From Parcubacteria group bacterium (GTDB lineage: Bacteria; Patescibacteriota; Minisyncoccia; Phycocordibacterales; Phycocordibacteraceae), in the NCBI GenBank assembly GCA_028286605.1, contig JAQBRE010000002.1:1-58218 (forward strand): a stretch of DNA of 58,218 nt. The letters run 5' to 3'. Below, piece by piece: positions 52,354-58,218 of this stretch (position 1 is the first letter of the stretch; every line of letters starts with the position of its first letter). Below the pieces are notes generated by a model. The model did not search any database. It worked only from the letters and a program-made list of their open reading frames with translations, and was not told where the DNA came from. Made by a program: the position numbers and the translations under genes.

Positions 52354-53009
52354 AGCGGGTTGTGCTTACTGGAATCAGTCGCGGTATCGGACGCGCAACA
52401 GCTGAATATTTTCTCGAAAACGGGTGGTTTGTTGTAGGCACCTCTACTACAGGGGCCAGCACGCTCTCGCATGCCAACCTTACCCTGCTTCAGCTTGATC
52501 TTGGAAATGCAGCAAGTATTGCCGCGTGTGTCAGCTCGATACGCAAGGAGGGCTGGGAAATCGATGTGCTTATCAACAATGCGGGCATTAACCCTGGACC
52601 AGATACCTATCCGCTCTCAATACCGATACTACGTTCAACGCTTGAGGTAGACCTGATCGGTCTTATTGATTTTACGGAACAGCTGTTGCCCTTCATGCAT
52701 TCAGAGGGGCGCATTATTAATCTCACTTCGAGTGCCGGCATCATTGCAAACGATGCCATGCAAGTTCCTCTCACTCCGTACCGAATTGCGAAGGCAGGGC
52801 TGAATATGTACACGCATACACTTGCAAGCCGTCTAGCTAGCCAAGGCATAACCGTTGCAGCATGCCACCCCGGCTGGGTTCGCACTGACATGGGATCGTC
52901 GCACGCGCCGAAGCTGCCTCAAGAAGTCGCGGAGGAATTGTTTTGGTTGGCCACTGAGGATATAGATTCAGGGCACTTATGGGAAAACAAGCGGATAACG
53001 AATTGGTAG
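52350..53009 (+). CDS. SDR family oxidoreductase
   Basis: MKRVVLTGISRGIGRATA, NNAG, YRIAKAGL (YxxxK). Confidence 0.85.
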   Translation: MKRVVLTGISRGIGRATAEYFLENGWFVVGTSTTGASTLSHANLTLLQLDLGNAASIAACVSSIRKEGWEIDVLINNAGINPGPDTYPLSIPILRSTLEVDLIGLIDFTEQLLPFMHSEGRIINLTSSAGIIANDAMQVPLTPYRIAKAGLNMYTHTLASRLASQGITVAACHPGWVRTDMGSSHAPKLPQEVAEELFWLATEDIDSGHLWENKRITNW

Positions 53010-53218
53010 AGATACGGGCCATCTCATCAACTCGTAATAAACGGGGGCGAGAGGGGTGCGGGTTATATAACCGATTACTTGAGTATATTATCAGACCCTG
53101 AATATATGGCAGGAATCAAAGAAAAGCTAGGTTTGATTGCTTCATATTCGAAATAAGCCACGGTAGACAATACGGGTGTAATTGCTAGGCTTAAGCAGGA
53201 ATATTCACGGAGGCTGAA

Positions 53219-53413
53219 ATGGACTATGTTCGTAAGCCGAAACCCACGGCACAAGAGCTGCAGGCCGATCCTGACCTCATGGCTGTCTGTCGCTGGAAAG
53301 AACCGCAGCTGGATGAACCAAAAGCTGACTCTGCTGCAGGCGTCGCTTTCGCTAAGAAGCATAGGCCGGGATTCTTCCGGCTTGCAGGCAGAGCTCTGGG
53401 CCTACTGGGCTAA
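53219..53413 (+). CDS. Small hypothetical protein
   Basis: 64 aa. SD GGAGG 5 nt before the ATG. No recognisable family. Confidence 0.35.
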   Translation: MDYVRKPKPTAQELQADPDLMAVCRWKEPQLDEPKADSAAGVAFAKKHRPGFFRLAGRALGLLG

Positions 53414-53447
53414 GAAGCGTCGCTCGACTCCGGTCGGGCGATTTCTT

Positions 53448-54044
53448 TTAGTTTAGCTGCGCCAAATAGTGACCGATGTCTTTCTGAGAATCCACCAGAT
53501 ACGCAGTTCCGCCTAAATCTTCAAACAGTTTGCATACTCCCACGGAATCATCGATTACTGAGCAATCCTTTATCAAGACTGCATATTTGTCCGCATATTT
53601 CTTAAATACTTCCCCGTCGTTTTCCGTTTTGAATATTCCTTCATCATAGGAATTACTAATCGCATCGAAATATGAATCCAGATGTAATGCCGGCACGGTA
53701 AAGCGATTCAGACTGTCCATGTTTACGGTAATAAGAATCGTAGTAAATCTGTCTCGGAGTTCCTTGATCTGTTCCAAGACAGCATGGTCTACATGCATAG
53801 TCTGACTATCTTTAACGAAGGTTTCCCATATGCCTTCATGCGGAACCCCAAGTTCTGCAGCAAGATACTGATTTACTTCTTCAGACGTCTTCTTCCCTCT
53901 CATCCAATCCTGCAGATAGGTTCTGTCCTCTCCGAAAAGTACTTCTTGAACTTTCTGATATTGATCTACAGGAAGACCTCTCCAGAAGCGATCGTGGCAC
54001 AGCGTACCGTCGAAATCTATAAATAGAACTGGTTTCGTGGTCAT
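53448..54044 (-). CDS. HAD superfamily hydrolase
   Basis: LFIDFDGTLCHD (DxDGT motif I). 198 aa. Visibly lower GC than the core genes. Confidence 0.7.
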   Translation of the reverse strand: MTTKPVLFIDFDGTLCHDRFWRGLPVDQYQKVQEVLFGEDRTYLQDWMRGKKTSEEVNQYLAAELGVPHEGIWETFVKDSQTMHVDHAVLEQIKELRDRFTTILITVNMDSLNRFTVPALHLDSYFDAISNSYDEGIFKTENDGEVFKKYADKYAVLIKDCSVIDDSVGVCKLFEDLGGTAYLVDSQKDIGHYLAQLN

Positions 54045-54099
54045 GTGAATCTTTTGATTATCTTCAGTTTAATCGCAGCATACTCGCTTACTGCTTGAA

Positions 54100-54136
54100 A
54101 CAGAAACGTAGTAGCCCCCAGATTGCTCCGGGGGCT
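54100..54136 (-). terminator. Hairpin after gene 54142-54564
   Basis: AGCCCCC-(10 nt)-GGGGGCT. Confidence 0.5.
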
Positions 54137-54141
54137 AGGCC

Positions 54142-54564
54142 TCATGCGGCTACGAGAGTGGCTCTCACTCCGGACTCGATCGAGTCGACCAGTTTCCATG
54201 AATGAACCCAGTTCAAGGATCGATCACGGAGCCAGTAGAGCCGGTTAGTGCTTTCGGCCCTGACCATTGTTCCCTTTTCAGGAAGCTGTTGACCACGACG
54301 GAAATGTACGAAGCTCGTGCAAGAAACGCCAGTCATCACAATCGGCCCATCTTGGAGGGACGGATCGATAGTCCCGCCGCGCTTGAGACCGACTTCTATT
54401 GCTCCGCCAGGAAGAGTCGTGATCATATCGACCACACCTTCCGTGACGTCATTCCCTTGACCCTGAATCTTCGTCAGGAGAGGAGTGGGCATCCACTTAT
54501 ATGTGAGGACGCCAAGAACCGAGACTGCTGCTGCAGCTCCGATGGCTAATTGCTGTAAGATCAT
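54142..54564 (-). CDS. Hypothetical protein with N-terminal TM/signal anchor
   Basis: 140 aa. MILQQLAIGAAAAVSVLGVLTY.... Confidence 0.5.
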   Translation of the reverse strand: MILQQLAIGAAAAVSVLGVLTYKWMPTPLLTKIQGQGNDVTEGVVDMITTLPGGAIEVGLKRGGTIDPSLQDGPIVMTGVSCTSFVHFRRGQQLPEKGTMVRAESTNRLYWLRDRSLNWVHSWKLVDSIESGVRATLVAA

Positions 54565-54628
54565 ATTTCGTCTCCACGTTTACCCGAGCGAACGATACTA
54601 TAGAAAACTTTAAAAGCTAGCTTCGATT

Positions 54629-54657
54629 AAAAAGAAGCCCTCTCACGTGGAGAGGGC
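54629..54657 (-). terminator. Intrinsic terminator after the ParB-like gene
   Basis: GCCCTCTC-ACGTG-GAGAGGGC, followed on the minus strand by TTCTTTTT. Confidence 0.75.
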
Positions 54658-54688
54658 CAATTGAATCAAAGCTCTTATCGAATGCAGG

Positions 54689-55738
54689 CTAGCTAGTCTT
54701 GCGCTTGCCTTCACCAGCGGTGAGACGGGAACGCATGCCTCGGATACTGCCGACCGTTCTGCCAAGTTGCTTGCTCAGCTCTTCGTCGGATGGTCGATCA
54801 TCAGCAGTGATCTTGGTCAGGTCACCGGCAGGCCATTCGCCACCATGGTTGCGGGGATTCTCGACGAGATTCCCCTGCGGCATGGGACGGGTGAATACCT
54901 GAGTTCTCTGTCCACCCGCGAACTGGCCGCGAATGGTTCGAACTTGAACCTCGAGCTCGTGAAGAGACATCGAGATGACTGATCGTTCCTCCGCGTTCAT
55001 CTTCTTGATCGCGGCCTTGTTCGGCATCTTTCCGAGCCACGTGGTGAACATGTCCACTTTGACCCGAACCTTCTCGGCCGAGAGCTGGCTCCTGCTTGCG
55101 CGGTGGGGCCGGCCTTCTCCGAGTTCACGTTCGATGATCACGCGCAGTTCAGGCGGAGTCAGGCGATCGGATGCCGCTTTCGCTGCATACTGCACCTGCT
55201 CGTCACCAGTCGAAAGTTTCGCCAGCACGCCGACGAAACCGATTCCCAAAGCCTTCTTGGCGATGAGCGCCTGGACTTCTTCAGGCAGGCTGAGCAACTG
55301 GATGCGGGCCGTCACGTAGTGGCTGCCCTTGCGGGTTTTCTCCGCCACCTGCTCGACACCGAGACCGTAGTCCTTCATCAGACGAAGGAAGGCTCGCGCC
55401 TCTTCGAATGCGTTCAGGTCGTCTCGATGCAGGTTTTCAGCGAGAGCCATCAGAATGTAATTAAGGGGACTGCTCTCCTCGATTACAATCGCGTCGATGT
55501 ATTCCTGCCCATTCCGTTTCGCAGACCGAAGGCGGCGCGAACCGATGATGAGTTCGTAGTTCTCGTTCTCGAGCTCAGCCACAAGAATGGGCTGCAGCTG
55601 TCCTTCTTCTGAGAACGAACCGCTCAGCTCTTCCAACGATTCCTCGTTGTAGTCCGAACGCAGCTGAACCAGATCCTCCATGATGGAGGCGACGAGTATG
55701 CGCTTGTAGGTGCGCGAAACCATAGACGATATGCTCAT
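54689..55738 (-). CDS. ParB/Srx-domain protein with HTH and extended C-terminus (orphan ParB-like)
   Basis: ...QLQPILVAELENENYELIIGSRRLRSA (GxRRxRA-type patch), ALAENLHRDDLNAFEEA, HTH GVEQVAEKTRKGSHYVTARIQLLSL. The C-terminal tail has a Myb/sigma-r4-like SDEELSKQLGRTVGSIRGMRSRL. No parA gene in the vicinity. Confidence 0.8.
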   Translation of the reverse strand: MSISSMVSRTYKRILVASIMEDLVQLRSDYNEESLEELSGSFSEEGQLQPILVAELENENYELIIGSRRLRSAKRNGQEYIDAIVIEESSPLNYILMALAENLHRDDLNAFEEARAFLRLMKDYGLGVEQVAEKTRKGSHYVTARIQLLSLPEEVQALIAKKALGIGFVGVLAKLSTGDEQVQYAAKAASDRLTPPELRVIIERELGEGRPHRASRSQLSAEKVRVKVDMFTTWLGKMPNKAAIKKMNAEERSVISMSLHELEVQVRTIRGQFAGGQRTQVFTRPMPQGNLVENPRNHGGEWPAGDLTKITADDRPSDEELSKQLGRTVGSIRGMRSRLTAGEGKRKTS

Positions 55739-56796
55739 CTCTTTACCCTCCGACGGGTGTTTGCATGTTGATGGGATGTAGCCAGAACCGATTGGTATTC
55801 CTCAGGACTGACCGTCAGCAGCCATGCCCGAGTAGACCAGATACGCAGGTGTTTCCGATAGGATATTCCTGCAGCTTCTACTGCCTGACCCCAGGTGCCG
55901 AACATACGTGTAGCGCCTGCGGTTAAACCGGGGTAGCCGACCTGAATGGCCATGTAGCTGAGTCGGACACCGGCCTTTTCAAGGGCCTGAATCTCTTCAA
56001 TCACTTTTTCTTTCGTCCACCAGTAGCGACGTACCTTTCGAATGTCTTCGTAATCGAGCCCTGCAGCTTCTAGTGCTTGCGCATAGGAGCCGAAGAGACG
56101 AATCGCAGAGGTGACGATATTCTGATATGGCTTGCCGCGAAGCGCAGCAAAATGAAGCTCGACTCCGTCAGCATGAAGTTTACGGAGATTCACGATGACA
56201 ACGTCTTTGTCATAGATGATGCCGGGACGTGGATCGATCGGAGGAAGTCCAGCCGCTACACGCGCCTGTGCCCAACCTAATTTTCCGAAGTGAGACATCG
56301 CTGCCTCATACAATCCGACATCCTCAGCCTGAACGACAGTTCCGCTAAGAGAGAAGCCTTCTTCCTTACGTTTCAGTATTTCTTGAACGATCAGCTCTTT
56401 AGACCAAGATCTTTTAGGAGCGACCAATCGTACTGAATCATATGGAATGCCAGCAGCTTCCAAGGCTTGCGCCCACCCGCCGAAATAAGTTATCGACGAC
56501 GTGTACAAGCTGCCATGTGTTTCTTTTACAGAAGCGTTATTCAGCGGCTCGCCGCTATCTACCATTTCTGCAATCTTCTCCAAGATTATTTCCTTGCTCC
56601 ACACATTCCGACGGCGTACAGCGTATGTAAGCTCTGCCGCAATCAACACCTTCCTCCACGTGCCGTGGTATTTCACACCGGCAGAATAGAGGTCGCAGTG
56701 ATTTTCCTGAATGTAGTAAGCGTTTATCCGCTCACCCTTAAGGTGTAATTCCTTAACTGCTGAGATAACGATCTCAGCATTCCATTTCTGGCGCAT
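55735..56796 (-). CDS. Protein made of five homing-endonuclease-associated (HNH_repeat-like) repeats
   Basis: Five ~65-aa units of the form W(S/T)KE.I...I.......G..L.......LY......FG.W.QALEAAG(I/L).Y. Its stop overlaps the ParB-like start (ATGA). Confidence 0.7.
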   Translation of the reverse strand: MRQKWNAEIVISAVKELHLKGERINAYYIQENHCDLYSAGVKYHGTWRKVLIAAELTYAVRRRNVWSKEIILEKIAEMVDSGEPLNNASVKETHGSLYTSSITYFGGWAQALEAAGIPYDSVRLVAPKRSWSKELIVQEILKRKEEGFSLSGTVVQAEDVGLYEAAMSHFGKLGWAQARVAAGLPPIDPRPGIIYDKDVVIVNLRKLHADGVELHFAALRGKPYQNIVTSAIRLFGSYAQALEAAGLDYEDIRKVRRYWWTKEKVIEEIQALEKAGVRLSYMAIQVGYPGLTAGATRMFGTWGQAVEAAGISYRKHLRIWSTRAWLLTVSPEEYQSVLATSHQHANTRRRVKR

Positions 56797-56881
56797 GCGA
56801 GACCTTTCTCAGATAAGAGTTTGGTTCTCAAAGAACCGTTTAGCTAATAATTTTATATTACAAAAATCTACTAAAGTCAAT

Positions 56882-57121
56882 TTAGAGAACCAGCTTCCCT
56901 ATTGCGACTACAGCAATCACGACCCAAACGATATTTAAGATTCCAGGCTGATAGGCCTTCTTGTAAAAAGAAACAATGACGATTCCAACCGCGCCTGTAC
57001 CATTCAAGACCTGATACCAGAGATCCGTTGCGGGCAGTACGGAGAAACTCACTAACGCATATGCAAGAACAATTGCGATTGTTCCGTACCAACCTACTGC
57101 TTCAACAAGAAGCTTCTTCAT
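56882..57121 (-). CDS. Small 3-TM membrane protein
   Basis: 79 aa, three hydrophobic helices. Confidence 0.55.
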   Translation of the reverse strand: MKKLLVEAVGWYGTIAIVLAYALVSFSVLPATDLWYQVLNGTGAVGIVIVSFYKKAYQPGILNIVWVVIAVVAIGKLVL

Positions 57122-57123
57122 AT

Positions 57124-57609
57124 TTATTTAGGAGCATCAGGATCGAGAACCTTTCGTGCCTCAGTAAGCTTCCCCTCACCAATCAATACCATTCCTTCGC
57201 AGGCTGCTAAGAAATCAGCATCAAGATGCTCCTGACCAATATAGTGCGCTGCAAGTCTTGCTAGTTCTTTAATCGCTGTGTGATATGGGGTAGCCAGTTC
57301 TTCTGGGACTTCAATGTTCTTGCGAGCGCGTTCCATTTCTATAAACGCGGGCAGAACGAACATATCTCTTGCGAATTGCTGTGATGTGCGTGCAGCGATT
57401 TCAGCAAGATGCGGTACTGCTGCAAATGACGCAGGATAGACATCACCCTGGTGACAAAGACCCGACCATAAGGAAGCCCATGGCTCAGCATTATTCTCAG
57501 AACTTGCGCCTGGGTCTGCTTCTAGCTGCTTTAACAAACTAGAAATATTTTCTCCATTATTGTATGCATCTGGCAGTTTAGCCCATTCAGGGCTTCCGAG
57601 TTCAATCAT
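57124..57609 (-). CDS. Hypothetical helical protein of immunity-protein-like type
   Basis: ATG at 57609. MIELGSPEWAKLPDAYNNGENISSLLKQLE...PWASLWSGLCHQGDVYPASFAAVPHLAEIA. The pattern is recalled from polymorphic-toxin immunity-like families and is tentative. Confidence 0.55.
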   Translation of the reverse strand: MIELGSPEWAKLPDAYNNGENISSLLKQLEADPGASSENNAEPWASLWSGLCHQGDVYPASFAAVPHLAEIAARTSQQFARDMFVLPAFIEMERARKNIEVPEELATPYHTAIKELARLAAHYIGQEHLDADFLAACEGMVLIGEGKLTEARKVLDPDAPK

Positions 57610-57634
57610 GGTGAGAGTATAGCAGCCAACTTTA

Positions 57635-58218
57635 TTACAAATACTTGCGTACGCTTTCGAGTAGTTCAACGCGCTTCGGGTTTGCCTTCGGGTTTGTTTC
57701 CATCCATTCCTTTGCCGCACTCCAGAAACGATGTATTTCGTCCCACCAGATCTTAGTGCGAGGAAGAATGAACGGCTCAATCACATGCTGCGACAATTTC
57801 AGGTTTATAGATACTGTTTGGAAGTCTTCAAGGAAACTAAGACCGAACCTCTGCGTAACCTGATTTGCATCGGTGAATACGATTTCTAAAACAGCAAAGA
57901 GATCATGTACCTTCGCGACGTTGCCATTCTGTATTTCAGTAGTAGCAGCCCACACTACTTCTTTAAGATACGTTGCGGCAGACTCATCGGTGAACTCTGC
58001 TGGTGAAACAATCTCGGGATACAGATGTTCAAGCGGCTTAAAAAGAAATCCTGGATGTTCTTCGCCTTCCGTCGCAGCAATGTTCTTACCAATTGAATCT
58101 CCTGTAGCGTGTTCGTACATTTGAAGATCGGAAAGCAATATTCCCTCTTCGGGGCGTGCGGCCAGAAGAACAATCTTTCTCAGGTCATGCCTTGCGTAGT
58201 CATATGTTGAAGGCTCTG
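57635..58218 (-). CDS. Hypothetical protein, possibly 5'-truncated by the window edge
   Basis: The frame is open from 57635 to the right edge with no stop. Candidate internal starts are TTG 58138 and ATG 58120. ...SFLEDFQTVSINLKL...ILPRTKIWWDEI.... Confidence 0.5.
   Translation of the reverse strand, partial: EPSTYDYARHDLRKIVLLAARPEEGILLSDLQMYEHATGDSIGKNIAATEGEEHPGFLFKPLEHLYPEIVSPAEFTDESAATYLKEVVWAATTEIQNGNVAKVHDLFAVLEIVFTDANQVTQRFGLSFLEDFQTVSINLKLSQHVIEPFILPRTKIWWDEIHRFWSAAKEWMETNPKANPKRVELLESVRKYL

Noticed and set aside
53075-53362. 95-aa minus-strand ORF in the 53.0-53.4 kb gap.
   Set aside because: It has no RBS and overlaps the better-supported small plus-strand ORF (53219-53413, which has a GGAGG SD). 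Its composition is not protein-like.

Overview
Gene-dense 58.2-kb bacterial window with about 65 credible CDS, mostly on the minus strand. The left edge holds the 5' end of a 23S rRNA gene. Housekeeping content: rplJ-rplL, ftsK, recA, an ECF-type sigma factor, efp, rpsF-ssb-rpsR, tatD, metG, glyQS, recO, ileS, argS, secE-nusG-rplK, mscL, a thymidylate/folate cluster (glyA ... tmk-thyA-dcd-MTHFS-folA) and a Zur-ZIP zinc module. There are also two or three very large PG-binding/Fn3 surface proteins. This gene content, the extensions on ribosomal proteins, and a split r-protein cluster with no rplA next to rplK suggest a small-genome Candidate Phyla Radiation / Parcubacteria-like organism (inference only). 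The stand-out accessory element is a complete diversity-generating retroelement (DGR) wedged between folA and a CofE-like gene. It comprises an RT (40687-41670), an Avd-like gene (41650-42045), a TR (42070-42200) and a VR (42538-42668) inside target gene 42519-43169. TR and VR differ only at adenines. The avd gene is inverted, a C10 tract sits in its 5' codons, and base composition across the cassette looks mosaic by eye. Other notable items: (1) ileS carries an inserted, apparently intact histidine-phosphatase domain. (2) A frameshift splits a ~1800-aa surface-protein gene. (3) Structured non-coding regions lie upstream of rplJ and of a PG-binding protein gene. (4) A CooC-like ATPase and a Cys-rich protein sit divergent from zur. 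(5) A lower-GC accessory tail (about 53-58 kb) holds an orphan ParB-like gene translationally coupled to a 5x homing-endonuclease-associated-repeat protein, plus immunity-like small genes. I recognised no CRISPR array and no tRNA gene. All coordinates, alignments and motif calls were made by eye from the sequence and ORF track. No database search was run.
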